Source: Podarcis pityusensis
Lineage: Eukaryota
Strand: one strand, 5' to 3'
Length of the DNA: 64,000 bases
Assembly (NCBI GenBank): GCA_964106645.2
Contig: OZ067047.1
Under the pieces are notes generated by a model, which was not told the origin of the DNA, made no database searches, and saw only the letters and a list, made by a program, of their open reading frames with translations. Below are positions 49,298 through 62,263 of this stretch, piece after piece. How positions within the stretch are numbered: the stretch's first letter is position 1; the number at the start of each line of letters is the position of its first letter. A program made the translations under genes and the position numbers.

Positions 49298-49466
49298 CTG
49301 CTGCTTCATGGTTTTCGTGTCCCATAGAAGCAGTTTCCCTGGAACTTGATTCATGCCTTTCCCTCCACAATCTTGTGCTCCATGATCGAGCTGGTTGCCA
49401 AGGCCAGACGCAGCAGCTGAACACACAAAAGAAGCACCACTTGGGCTGCACGCGAGGGAGAGGATC
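49298..49466 (-). CDS. WDR91: WDR91 exon 11 ([13 protein letters not shown]...WDTKTMKQQ)
   Basis: tttcag acceptor, gtatgg donor. Confidence 0.95.
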
Positions 49467-51028
49467 CTGAAACAGAGACCCACACGGTCAGCCCTGGCTC
49501 TCTGCACAGGAAGTCCATGAGCTGCCAGGCTGGAAAGCAGCCGTTTCTGGCTTTGATCCGACTTTTGTCCAGCCCCTACCCCAACACCTGTAAAAACTAC
49601 GCATCCAAACAAGCCTCTCACTGCACTGGGGCTATGGGTGGTTCCCTTTCTTTTATTCTCTATTCCTTTGGCCTCTGGATGTTAAGAGGCAGAGAGGTGT
49701 TTCTAAAGTGAGGAGTGCAAACAAAGAAGAGTAGCTTTTGATAGTCATGGCCAAACATGAGCAGAAGGACAAGGATTCATCAAGAACTAGCAATCCCTCT
49801 GCCCCTAAGAATAGGCAGAAGCTTCCTGTGATGTTCACATTCTCCAAAGCCTAGAGCAAAGTGGAGGCTTCAGATCCCCCCAATTCCTGAACACTCATAG
49901 CAGGGAAGATGCAGCTGTACTCTTGTTCTCTTGCCTTGAACATGTAGGGGATAAAAAGCCGCAGGGCAGCAATACTGCCTGTTCCAAAAAAAGTGGAGGG
50001 GGGGGCTGCAAGAGAAGAAAGCACTCTAGGTTGGCATCTACCATCTACACCAATTGCTTAGAGCAACAACAGGAAACTGGGACAGATATAAATCCCGCAA
50101 CTGTGGTCAGTTACTTAAAGCAACCAGAAAACAGAATCCATGCCCTTTGTGTCAAAGGTTTAATGTTTTCCAAGAAGTATGGGGAAGCTTAGGATTTAGT
50201 GCAGACTGAAAGAAATCCAGAGGAAAAGAGTTTCAAAAAGGTGGCTAACATGCAAACCATCAATGGCCAGTTCCCATTTTCCCTACACATAAAATCTGTG
50301 TAACAGGAGGCATGTTTAAAAAAAAACAACCCACAATCCCCTGCCTGGCCTGTTCTTCCGTCAGGATGGTGCTGTACATGGAGGGGTCCAAGCCAAAAAT
50401 TGTGAATGGAAAGACTTGATCTTCTGTTTGTCTCCAGTCTCATGCTCTGCCTTCACAAAAAGTCAGGGGCGATCCAGGAAAAGATGGTGGGCGCTTTCGG
50501 GAGCCTTGTAGTGGCCAAATCACTTTGGCCTTCTCTCTTGCCATGAAGGAGGGGACAGGGTGGGGATTTCTAGGCACAACCAAGCACCATCACCCCATCC
50601 TCCGTCACATCTCTACAGCTACAACTTTGGATGAGGTCTGCACACTTGCCTAAGATGGAATGCAAACTATGGAATTCTGTTGGTATGCCTCTTTTGTTCA
50701 TGGAAACTGATTCTGTGTTGGAAAATCACGGCATACAAGACTGCTCTCAATCCAGCATGAATGAAGCTGTGTGCACCCAGACATGGCACTAAAGCAGCGT
50801 ACCACTCACACGTGCAAAGGAAAACGCGCACAAAGGAGTATTACGAATCACAAACAAGCAGTTGCCTTAGTGTAGTGAGTGTTGGTGAGCTCTGGACAGG
50901 TGAACACTGCCTCTGAAGCACAAGCTGGGCATCGCCACGCAAAACAGGGATGCATTTGAGATTTAGAGACACCAAATGACTAGTTTTACGACAGGTGAGG
51001 CAAGAGGGACTCTGCTCAAGAGGGTTAC

Positions 51029-51123
51029 CTGGGCATGTCTTCATCAATGCTGATTTCACAAAGATTCTTCTTGGCTTCAGTGTCGTAAAGACGAACCGTC
51101 CCAACTCCACTACCCAGCAACAA
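51029..51123 (-). CDS. WDR91: WDR91 exon 10 ([23 protein letters not shown]...)
   Basis: ttccag acceptor, gtaacc donor. Confidence 0.95.
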
Positions 51124-51812
51124 CTGGAACACAGCACCAAGGAGAACGTTAATCAAGGGCTGGGTGGCGGCAACTTCCTGTTCTAGCCACCTTACCCAAA
51201 ACCTTTGCAGCTATTTCTATTTAGTCTTTCACTGCCCCCACCTCCACCCTGTCACTGCTACCCTTCCATCATCCGTTGCACCTACAACCCCATGAGCATA
51301 AATGAGGGATATGCTTCAAGGGAGACTGCAATGACCAAAGTCTAAAAGTCTCGCATCTCTCTCCACCCAGCACTTGGTCTGCTCCATTTCTCTTCAGGAG
51401 AAAAGAAAGGGTAGCCAACAAAAAGACCAAAAAGGAATAAAGACAGAGCATCAAATTGGAAGGAACAGATTACAAGGATGCAGTGTGTGGAAATGGCTGA
51501 GGCCCTGGTGACCCAATTAGGAAATTAGTAAAAATTGTGGTTCTCCTTTGTACAGTGTCTCATCCTGTGGTCAATCAGGCTATGAAGTCTTTGCATCCAC
51601 TAGAATCTGGAAAGAGCCATGGAAAACCTACTTGGTTCATAGAAAAATGATCAACTGTGCTGAGCATTCATGGGAAGGGATATATTGCCCTCAGGAAGTA
51701 CCATGCAATACACTTTAGGCCTCGGGACATCTAAGACCAGTCAGAGGTTGTATCTAGGATGCTTCAGCAGCAGTTCCAGATGTTCCCTGTTGCACCAAGC
51801 CCAGCTACTCAC

Positions 51813-51963
51813 CAGCCTGTCCCGTTTGGTCGCCCATTCTAGGGAAAGCAGGGGAGACTTGGAAATGGAAGATGCTTTCGTTTGCATGATGGGGTTGAAA
51901 GACCACACCTTGATGACTCCGTCCACGTCCAAACTGGCCACTCTTCGACCAGAGCAGTCAACC
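51813..51963 (-). CDS. WDR91: WDR91 exon 9 ([22 protein letters not shown]...RDRL)
   Basis: cttag acceptor, gtgagt donor. Confidence 0.95.
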
Positions 51964-52294
51964 CTAAGCACAGAAGGAAGTTATGCAATGGTCCTTTCCA
52001 ACCCTCACGATTACAGCTTCCTCAAGATTTTCTTCTGCCACGTTTCATACAAACTATGCCGGCACTATCATTAAAATAGTACTTTAAACATGCAGAGCCC
52101 TTTGCAATCCTTACAAAAAGTCAAAGTCACAGTTTACTTATCGCAGATAAGGAACAGAAGCTGAGGGGCTGGGGAATGCTAAGGCCATAGCCAAGCTGAG
52201 ACCCCACAACTGCAAGTCCGGCACTCAGTCCACTGAACCGCGGTGGCTCCCTGACCACCATCCTCTCCTTCCCCCAAGGGGGAGTACCCCTTAC

Positions 52295-52494
52295 CGGCAA
52301 TGCATGATGGATGAGTGGTGTTCTCCATATTCCTCCTGGCTCAGGACAATGAATGGCTGCTCTTGCCTGATGCCTCCAGCATCTATGCTGGACCCGAAAG
52401 CTTTGGTCAGGGTTTCTGCTTGCTCAGCATGCAGCTCAGGGGGAGGGTCTGTTTCAGTGGCAATAGCCTCCATCTTCCTGTCAACATTCTGCCC
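52295..52494 (-). CDS. WDR91: WDR91 exon 8 (GQNVDRK...[14 protein letters not shown])
   Basis: tttag acceptor, gtaagg donor. Confidence 0.93.
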
Positions 52495-54330
52495 CTAAAC
52501 CAAGAGAAGGACCCTGCATATAGTACAGCAAGCCAGGAAAATCAGTTAAGCGACTCAGTGGGTGCTCAATGAGTACAGAGTTTTAGGTAACCAAGGCAGA
52601 GCTTTGCATCATGCCAGCAGCTAAGATGCATCCAGGCATGTTGCAAGTAGCAGTAACCACCTTCCATAGACAGGCATCGTTGTTCACTTTCTGCATGTCC
52701 CACCCGCCTGCAGAGAAACTAACCTTGGGGGAAAGGCCCTGCCTATGAAATGCAAGGAAGGGCAGCATCTACCTCCCACAGCCTGGAGCTTTCAATCTAG
52801 TATCCTTCTCCACACTATCTTGGAAAGCAGAGGGGCATTAGTCCATGGAGTTCACACTAATACACCTGGATAATTTGCCATACCTGAAAAAGCTCTCTAT
52901 GTATCCTTGCCACTAGCTGGGGCGTTAAGAGACACAGGCAAACACAAAATGCAAGACAAAATGCATCTTTTAACTTTTGGTTGGTGCCCAGAGGCTCCTC
53001 AGCAATATTAATACACATACAAAGCAACACACAGAAAGTGGAAAATGCCAAGCAGAAGCAGACATTTTCCCTTTTCAGCAAAGTCAGCACACAAAGAAAT
53101 CCAAACAGGAAATGAAGCAGGCTGGGCCTGTTTACAGAGCAGTAACCGATGAAGGAAACAGAAAGCAGGACTGATCAGATGGTTTCCAATACGGGAGGAA
53201 GCATGCAGTGAGAACTGTGCTGGGGCCAGTGTTTTTTAACCTTATCAAATAATCTGCAGTCGGGATAGTTTGCAACACAAAATTATTCAGGATAGTGAGA
53301 GCAGACCAAGGAACTCTAAAACCCTCCAAACAAGCCTCTTCAAATGTGGTTTCTTTGCAAGAGAATGGGCAATTAGATTCAGTCATTCATGTCCATTGAA
53401 ACAAAAAGTATATGCCCTGCATTCGGTTACAAAAAAGTGGGGTCTAAAGTAGCTCTTAACAACCCTGGAAAGAAATCTTAGGGTCCCAGTGGAAAGCTCC
53501 CTGAAAATGGCAGCTAAGGATTCTTAAAAGATTTTCAGTTTGAAGGGTATTTCATTTCTGTGCTGCTGGCACAGTGGGACCTCTCTTCTAGACACAAGAC
53601 ACCTACATGCCGCTTGCTTATGCACAGCCACTGCCATTAGAGGTCAATGCTCTGAATGAAAATGCCTTCAAATGGGTACCCACTCCATTCAGACAGCCAA
53701 GAGGTTTGGAGATAAGATGTACGATTGCAAGAAGCTCCCTCCTGCTTCTATAGGCAACTGAAGGACTGGGGCCTATTCCAGCCCACCGGAGCTTTCATTT
53801 GGACAAGAGCCAGGGATACATCTCTGTGCACATTGTGTCATTTCTCCCTAGAAAACAGGTAGAGAGCATGGACAAAGTTCTTTTTAGCCTCATGCTTCCT
53901 AGCGTCAACAGCAAGAAAGGTTGTACCAAAGATTCACTCCCATGTGCAAGAGCCACAAACCAGAGAACAGCAGCTGACATGCCGAAGGGAAGAACTCCAT
54001 TCAAGACAGCGTTGCTGTTTATTCAGGAGGCGGGGAAGGGGGTTAAGGAGAACCCTTTGTCCCCAACTTAGTTCACACACGAGGATATCACTAAGTAAAG
54101 AAACAATTCTGATTCTTCATCCCCTGCTTGATCCAAACATGAGACTCTCATTTTAAAAAATCAGCACGGTAAGTAACTATCTGCTCAGGCACACATGGAT
54201 CTGCACTGCTTAGACGACAAATCATCAGCCTGACTATTACTAGACTGCTTGCATGTGATTTACTGGACACAGAAATACAGAAAAGACTTTATCCCATTCT
54301 CTAACCCATCAGAGACACACCGGTCCATAC

Positions 54331-54489
54331 CTGGGAAGCTGTTTTAGTTAAAAGTTCTTTCCTTTCCTTCCCATGATCCTGCAGACGCCTCTGACGCTGC
54401 TGTAGGAAGTTGGACTCTGCTGCTACCGGGCTACTGAAGTGACTTTTTAATTCCTTGCAGGCAGTGGCTGCCTCCTTTCCTTTGGTGCT
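54331..54489 (-). CDS. WDR91: WDR91 exon 7 (STKGKE...QRQRRLQDHGKERKELL)
   Basis: ttctag acceptor, gtatgg donor. Confidence 0.92.
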
Positions 54490-55308
54490 CTAGAAGGTAA
54501 AGAGAAGACTTCTCAAGTTTTGGCTCTCCCAGATACCGTGCCTAAGCTGACATTTCTGGTATGCAACACATCTAGGAACATCACTTTTGAGAATTCTTTC
54601 AGGTGATTGGTTCTGTGTCCTTTGAACGTTACCCCACCACCTAACTTGGAAATAGCAGAAGAATTCAGTGGTTTGAGAAGGGGAACACCCCCATGCCACC
54701 TAGAAGCACCAGCTGTGACTTATTTCGGTTGATCTAGGAGCCTGTGCACCTCCTAGGGTTGCTGTATTCAGCTTTCAATAAAGGTTATTGAGAAGTGGCT
54801 GTTGGATGTAGGTCCTCAGTATATCCCAGTCACCATCCTTGGACAAGGTGCAAAATACAAGAACCTGCCAGGAGCAGGTTACCATCAACATGCGGGTTAA
54901 TATGGAGGACAGTTGGCAAATGGGCACTTGTGCCATTCCTTCTCCCTAGAGGTGCTGCCACCACCTTCACTGATGGGTTTTCAGAGGTATCTTAACAGAT
55001 TATTCTTTTTGCCCAGGTCTTTGGGGAAAACTGATGTTCTCAAGGCCCACTGTAACTGCGATGCCCACTGCCATATTTATTTAAACCTTTAGCATTTATT
55101 AATGGTTGTATTGATGGCATAGTAAATGTTATTGCTTCAATCAGCTATTTAATCAACTACCCTGGGATCTTCCTTGATGAAAGGTGTTTAAAAATTAAAT
55201 AAGCACATTACCTTCACGTAAATGCAAAAGAGCAACCTGTAAACACAGCAGACATCCAGCCTGACTCTAAACACAGGTGTTAGCCTGACTGCTCTTACGG
55301 TACCTCAC

Positions 55309-55477
55309 CTGGTGGTTTGATTGCTCTTTCTTGCCCACCGACGCCACGCCAGTCTGTGCCGAGCTGGATCCTGTTGTTCTAGAGGAGCCCTTTTTGCTCT
55401 GAGACAGCAGAGACGACAGGAATCCCCCTCGGGTCTGCAGAGAGTGAGCAGGGCTTCTTTGGTTGCTTGTCATGTCA
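55309..55477 (-). CDS. WDR91: WDR91 exon 6 (DMTSNQR...GFLSSLLSQSKK...)
   Basis: ttctag acceptor, gtgagg donor. Confidence 0.92.
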
Positions 55478-56216
55478 CTAGAAAAAAAGGCAGAAAACCC
55501 AAAAACCTCAGCATCAGGTGCAAAAGACAGAGACATGTTCAAAAAAGTCCCGCTATCATTATCATCATCATCATCATCATGCTGTGTGTCACAGAGATAA
55601 CAGCAGGGATTTTTATACGTCTTCCTCCCCAGCTCAGAACTGGGGCCATAAGAGAACTTCCATTTGCTAGAGTTAAACTAGAAGTCACCTCTGAATTAAT
55701 TGAGGATCCTGGACTATACAGCTATGTTAGGAATGGCTGCAAGGGAACAGAGCCTGCAGCAAACCTTAGTGGACAGTCCCAGACGTGGGTGGAAGGTCCC
55801 ACTAAGGCAAATAAACTAAATAAAGCCATTAAGGGAGCTCCATAGATTCAGGAAGATGCATGATGCTCAACCGCAGGATGAGATTTCCCACATTTTAAAC
55901 AAAAGAACGTTTAAAAGTAACTTAAAGTTATGAAGCTCTGATAGAAAACTCCTATAAAGAGACTGTTCTGTTAAGTGTGGTTGGGTTTTTTTAAAGGGAG
56001 AGGCCAGCCAATTGGTTCGGCAAGACCAGGGAGCAGGGGAGAGAGAAAACACCCAACCTTTCTCAAATCTTTGTGGATTTTTCTGAATGAACATACACTT
56101 CTCCAAAGCTGCTTGTCCAAGTTTGCCAGCAAGTGAACAACAGCAAAAGGGCCAAGATCTGCCTCTACCATCCAATCATGCAGCCATTTGTCCTGGCCTC
56201 TCACATACAGACTCAC

Positions 56217-56353
56217 AGCTCTGAGTCCCCCAGATGGTCCATGTTGGTCACGTAGGAAGGAAGCTTGTGGTGGAGAATCAGCTCTTCCTCCTCTTCCTGC
56301 TGCTGCTGCTCCTCTTTCTTTATTCGGAAGTACTCTGCTTGCAAGGCAAACAG
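56217..56353 (-). CDS. WDR91: WDR91 exon 5 (LFALQAE...[17 protein letters not shown])
   Basis: tttcag acceptor, gtgagt donor. Confidence 0.94.
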
Positions 56354-56398
56354 CTGAAAAAAAGTGGGGTTACAGGGAGAACAGAGAGAGATGAATTG

Positions 56399-56642
56399 CA
56401 GGTTCCATAGGCCACAAGCGGCCCACGAGGGTTGCTTAACCGGCCCACGAGCCACCCGCTTGGCAAGTCCCTGTGTGCAGCACAGCACAGCACAGCACAG
56501 CACAGCACAGGGACTCGCTTCTGTGGTGCCGGAAATCGTGTCTGCACAGATGCTGGAAATCACGGGCACGCACAATCCGGCCCACGAAGGGATCTCCGCT
56601 GGAGTGAACCGGCCCAGACAAGGTAAACCTTGCCGACCCCTG
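56399..56642. mobile_element. hAT MITE remnant with an internal (CAGCA)n tract
   Basis: Right terminus CCTTGCCGACCCCTG, repeated CGGCCC subterminal motifs; left terminus not recognisable. Confidence 0.6.
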
Positions 56643-56769
56643 GTTTATATCATGCAACAGTTTATATCGTACACTATTTATTGGCTCTGAGTCAATAGCT
56701 CAATTTGAAGTTTAAACATGTGTTCTCCAGTTTTTGTACATAAGAGAATTCGAGAACGGACATTCTCAC

Positions 56770-56852
56770 CTTTTGACGCAGAATTTCATTTTCTTCTTGC
56801 AGGAAACAACTTCTCTGACATTCTGTCTCAAAGTTCAAGATTACTGGTACAG
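56770..56852 (-). CDS. WDR91: WDR91 exon 4 (PVPVILNFETECQR...ILRQK)
   Basis: Follows a non-canonical AC acceptor; gtgaga donor. Confidence 0.92.
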
Positions 56853-57860
56853 GTAAGAAAGGTTAAGGGTGAAAAACTTAAAGCAAAAATGGAAGTCCTT
56901 CCTCTAAAGCAGACTTTGCCTACCGAATGCTCTCTAGATGTTTTGAAGGGTACCAGGTTGCTTTGTGGCTCCTTGAAGACTAACACACCTTTTATGGGAT
57001 AACATTATGTCAAACCTACCTAGATATATAGAATGTTGGCATATATTTTACTTTATCATTGATTTTAACTATTTTTTTAATGTTTAAAGTAGCTATTTTT
57101 ACTGATATTTTTTTTTTGTTCCAAGCAATATATAAATTTAATAACATAAATAAATAAATAAATTCCACTGCAACAGACTAACAGCCATCTGGAGATTGAT
57201 GCCACTTTTACAGCTGTTTTGATTTTCAACAATAGAAAAGGCAATTTAAATCAATCCATTTCTTAACAACTTGACCACCAAAGGCAGCACCAAACAGGTC
57301 TTAAGGGTGTCCCTAGAAACATGGTAGTTTGTGAGATCATATTTATCTCACTCCTCACTTGGCATCCCCACTACTCAGGGATTTATATTTATTATATATC
57401 TGGGGTGGAAGAAGATGGAGGAATATATATTATCCAAAACAGAAAAAACCCACCAGCTGCTACCATCACCTGCCTGTAGCTTGAAACACTATTGAGAAAA
57501 TGCTTGAGCTGCAAAGAAGTAACATAATGCTGACAAATGACTGCAGGTCTCTTGCCCAATTGGTCTAGTTGCAACATGCCAGTTTTGTGGGCTACAGTCC
57601 AGAATAAAATACTCTAGCATTACGTTTGGCCTTGGTTTCCTTAGTATGCAATTTTGATCTGCTGAAAGAACAAAAGATATAAATCCATAAGTTGTAGATG
57701 ATATGGATGGACCAGACTAACAAGCCACACCATTGCTCTGTAACACACATATGGGAGAAAGCTGATTACCACTCTCTAACATGACAAGAGAAAGGAAGAG
57801 AGAACAGAGGATGAAGCTGTTTCATAATTAAAACTATTTTTTCACATCTAGAAAGGATAT
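56853..57860 (-). other. U12-type (minor spliceosome) AT-AC intron 3 of WDR91
   Basis: 5' end ATATCCTTTC; branch site CCCTTAACC (56861-56869); 3' end TAC; splicing restores QCM-P-VPVIL. Confidence 0.95.
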
Positions 57861-58068
57861 GCATACACTGAAATAAGACACTGAGGAAGTTGTGCAGAGA
57901 AACGATGAAAGTGTCTGCCCACTGGCGGGAAAAATATGTTGCAAAAGTAGGATTTGCATCTGGATTGGTGATGAAAGGTAGAACAAACCAGTCCTTCCAC
58001 TCAGCTTGGTTCTGAAGTTCAGAGGCTTGTTTCAGAAAGAATTCCTGTGTCTTGTCGTTCCTGTTTGT
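57861..58068 (-). CDS. WDR91: WDR91 exon 3 ([11 protein letters not shown]...[10 protein letters not shown]...FLSVLFQCM)
   Basis: tttag acceptor; followed by the ATATCCTT donor. Confidence 0.94.
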
Positions 58069-58290
58069 CTAAAACACAGAAAAGGGGCTCAGATTACAAA
58101 TTGTAATGCTGCTCCGGCAGCTGCAAATATTGGTTTCTGTTCTGGACCCAGCAGGGTGATAGGAGTACTTTCCCCCACCTAACTGCTAGAGAAGAAGGAT
58201 GCGTACAGCATTTTGTTAGATAAGGCAACATATTTACTCTTAAAACAAACCAATTGTATTTTGAAGAAAAGCTATCTGCTTGACACAAAC

Positions 58291-58470
58291 CTGCACAGTA
58301 TGAACGAGGTAGTAGCGGTATAAGCTAATTTTCAGCTTGTTCACGGTAGGTCGGTACATATCCTCCAATCGACTGAAAAGGCGTCTGTCGAGGTAGCTCC
58401 AGTAATCCCGAAGGGCAGCCAGATCATAGCTATGAACGAACTGCAGAAACTGGTCCACTATCTTATCTAC
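58291..58470 (-). CDS. WDR91: WDR91 exon 2 (VDKIVDQ...YYLVHTVQ)
   Basis: ttcag acceptor, gtttgt donor. Confidence 0.95.
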
Positions 58471-60285
58471 CTGAAGAGACAGCACAGATCCCCAAAACCC
58501 CAGTTAGTCCTTGCCCACGTTGTCAGCTTCCGTCACCAAAAGCCATAACAAAAACCACACATAAACTCTGGAGACAAGGTCAGGTTACACAACCTGCATC
58601 AGTCATGAGCCTCAAATGGGGAATTCCAAGAGCCACTAGCAATGCCTTTCAGTTTTCCTTTTGGGGCTGAGGCACCTTAGTGCCTCTGAGTCACTGGCAG
58701 TGCTGAAGGACCTAGTAACATTATTCCAAAGAAGTAAGTCTGTAAACCCGCTTGAAGAACAGCCTCTTAGACAGCCCTCACCAACTCAATGCCCTCCAAT
58801 TATTTTGGACAACAACATCAGCCCTAGCCAGCTGGAATCCAACAATATCTGGAGGGCCACATGTCCCCCACCTCTGATATAAACAAAGCATAGCTTCTAT
58901 GATATTGTGTACTGACATGCCAGGGGAGGGTGGAAGGAGAGAAGAAAGAATCAGAAGTCTTGCTTTCTTTGCCAAGATTTTCCAGGCAGATGTTCCCTTC
59001 TGTTAAAGCAGCTAGGCTTGAAAAGAGGCTATAAATGTATGTTTGACTGATATTTCCAGTTTTGTCACATCCAAATGGAACTTTTATCACTCAGTTTTTG
59101 GAGACTCACTGAAAACAAGGAAGCTGGTTTCAACAAAACATTGCTAACTTCTTTCAAAACCAGGCTAAAGTCATCCTTGGCACTGTAATTTCTCAGCAGG
59201 CCCAGTAAGAATTATTGTGCTGCATCCACCAACATCCCATTGTCTATCTAACACAGCCTTCCTCAACCTGCTGCTCTGCAGGTGTCACTGGACAACACCT
59301 CCCATAATCCCTAACCCCCAGTGATGCTGGCTGGGGGTGATGGGAGTTGAAGTCCAAGAATGCCTAGAGGGCACCAGGTTGGAGAGGCTAATCTAGGTCA
59401 GTGTTCCATCTTCCCAGTTTATTGCTTCCACAAGGCAAAACTCTAAATGAGATTGGCTAGTTACTCAGGTTGCTTGAATCAGGGGGAACAGAATGAAGAA
59501 GACAGAAAGATGAAGAAAACTGCCAAAAACCAAATGTAGAGATGGCACTTTCCAACAAGCTTAACTGGAAGTATACCAATGTGACAGGCAGTTCTAACAT
59601 CAAAACAAAAGCATTATATGAATAGGTGAGGTGGTGGGATTTCATGTTCTGGAGGAATTGAGGAATTGGCAAAAGACCCCCTCACCAAAAAAAAGGAAGG
59701 AAGGACTTGGCAATAAAATCTGGCAGTTCTTAATATACCCTCACAGAAGGGTCATAATGCAACGTAACGATTCATATACAGTATATGCATAATTTTAATC
59801 ACATATGAAATTATGATTTCAAACACTGCATTGGAATGGAAAACAATCTGTGTTGATACTAGGCCTTCATATGCAATCCTTTTATCATTTACATTCCCAA
59901 TCTTATAAGGCAGGATACTATTATTCCCATTATATAGAGTTGCAGCTGGAAAAAATGAAGTGTGGGGTGTGGGGCTTGCTCCAATCAGTTTGGGACTGAT
60001 TTCAGACAGGACTGTTTTCTATTTTTGGGATGAGCAACCACTAGCCCCTAGGCAAATTTTGAGCACAAGGCCATTTCCTTCACACCAAACACACATGCCC
60101 TATACCTGAAGTCATATGTGAGGTAGACACACAGCAGGCTCAGAAGTGAATCTGAGTTCCCTTTGGGGAACTCAGCACACAGCCAAGCCCTGCAGAAAGC
60201 ATCGCCCATCAGCTGAATCACATGCATCCTTTTCAGTGTGAAAAACTTCAAGTGTGCTCATTATCACATGCCAACATCCCTTAGC

Positions 60286-60413
60286 CTTCAGCTATACTGA
60301 ATATAGACAGTGCAAGTCAGAAGCAAAATTTAATAGTCTGAGTCTTCTGACCAACCTGGGCTAATTTAAATTTTGCTGCTGACTTGCACTGTCTATATTC
60401 AGTATAGCTGAAG
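60286..60413. repeat. Inverted repeat: 48-bp arms, 32-bp spacer
   Basis: 60286-60333 is the reverse complement of 60366-60413 with one mismatch. Confidence 0.93.
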
Positions 60414-60849
60414 AGGGGAGAGAAAGACCAGTTAGAACTCTCCTCTGTGGAATTCAAGAGAATATTATTCAAATTATCTAGGCTCTGTTTAACAAGTGCA
60501 ATGTGTTGGGTACTGCTTTATACATATCTGAATTTACTGAAACCCCATTCAAGAGCTTTGTGTAAAGGGAAACACACTGTGTATTACTTCTAATGCCAAA
60601 TATATTTTCGTTGATGCCCTGTTCCTAATTCCAGATGCGTAAGGACTACAGTACTGCAGTTACTCAGCTGAGGAAAAGGGAAGTACTCTGACCCTACTCA
60701 GGCTCTCTCCTCTTCCTTGCTAGCCTGCACTTGCTCCGGTGGGGAAGGCCTGCTTAAATTTAGGCACGGGTGCCGCTACAAGGGGCTACATGAGGCAGCC
60801 ATTAGGGGGACGCTGGACTAGCTGCTAAGGAACCCAAAGGCCATCTAAA

Positions 60850-61500
60850 CCAACCCGCCCGCAACACCAGGCCCATCTAGCCAGTGGCAGCAAGTGTCAA
60901 CGCAGCACTGGCAAGGGCGCTCAAAATCCCAGGCGCGGAGCATTTCACACGTAATGCAATGCTGCTCCTTGCAGGTTCGTGAGTTAAATTGGAAAAGGAA
61001 AGAGGAGGGGCGGGCGGGACCTGCTCCCCCCAATTCCTCCTCCCCCAGCCCTTCCTTCCCTCCAGCCACCCGCGGGTCCTGCCGGCTTCCCTCCCGGGCA
61101 ACCCTCACCCGGAAGCCCTTCTCTTTGTCCGCCTTGATCTCCGTGTCGAACTGCTTCAAGGTGGCCGTGAAGCCGCGGAAGAGCAGATATTCCCGCACCA
61201 GCTCATCGGTGCGCTCCGCCGCAGCCGCCATCGCGCCGCCGGGTCACGGGGAACAGGGAGGGACGCTCCGAGCTCCGCGCGCCGCCCTCGCCGCCACGCT
61301 CCGCCCCTCGCCCAGGCGCTCCGCCGCCCTCGGTTCCCCCAGCACCGCTTTTTGCTAGAATCGGCGTTTGGCGGACAGCGGGATCGCGTTGGCTTTTGTT
61401 TCGCTTTGAAAGAGAGGAGACTGTCTGGTTTTGTTGGGTTGAAGGCTCGGGCCTGAGCATCAAGGCGGGCGCTTCTCTGCAACCGCGAGTTGGAACCTTC
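60850..61500 (-). promoter_or_regulatory. CpG island over the WDR91 promoter and exon 1
   Basis: High GC and CpG content; GC box (CCGCCC) upstream of the ATG. Confidence 0.85.
61109..61231 (-). CDS. WDR91: WDR91 exon 1 CDS ([21 protein letters not shown]...KGFR)
   Basis: GCGATGG Kozak context; gtgagg donor. Confidence 0.96.
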
Positions 61501-62263
61501 CTTACTGTTAAGGGAAAATGCATCGTTTTAAGCACACCTTTCGAGATTGTAAGGATCCCAGATGCCGCAACAAACTTGCCGACAATCCAGCCGAGGGTTT
61601 ACCTGCCATTAGCACACATGGTGTTAATACTTCATCCAGACCTGTCAGCAGGCACTCTATGGACTCTAATCATTGTTACTTTATTATTATTATTATTATT
61701 ATTAGCCAGTTTGCTCTCTCTCTGGGAGAATTTACTTTCCTACCTTGTTGCACGATCCTCTCTTCACGCCCACCGATATATTCCATTGTTATATGAGTAT
61801 AGCATTCCCCACCCGCCCTCAAGGCCAGAAAAATAACATCAGTCGCACAGGTGCAAGGGGTTTCTAAGTCAGCATCCATGTGTGTCTGAAAACCCAAGTT
61901 CACTCCTGGAATTTTAAACTGAAATGACAGCAAAGCAACATCTTAAGACGTCTGTGAAACAGCACGACAGCAGCTGTCATTGCTTTCCTTGTAAAATTGC
62001 TACACATTTTCTTGTATGCGTGCATCCTATTGAACGTTAGCGAGGCGTGCTTCGTGGTCACCCATAAATCATATTCATTATTTTTACATTTTAAATTCTA
62101 TTTGTTTTCTATAGTAAAGCAGCAAGGGAGAATTGTTCTTCCTCAGCATTTATTTCTTTGCTGCCAGGTACGTGCTGCGTGTAGTGTAGCAACTGTTCAA
62201 GATGGCCAAAGCAGCTTTGGGGAAAAGGTGGTAGCTTGTATACCCCAAAATACTACTTTGGGG

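Larger units (their letters stand above)
44982..61231 (-). other. WDR91: WDR91 gene span: 15 coding exons, 2259 nt, 752 aa
   Basis: Exons join into one open frame: N-terminal [11 protein letters not shown] helix, coiled coil, C-terminal WD40 repeats. Confidence 0.97.

Noticed and set aside
56851-56858. Plus-strand AG|GTAAGA donor suggesting an antisense exon
   Set aside because: It is the reverse complement of the U12 acceptor TCTTAC|CT of WDR91.
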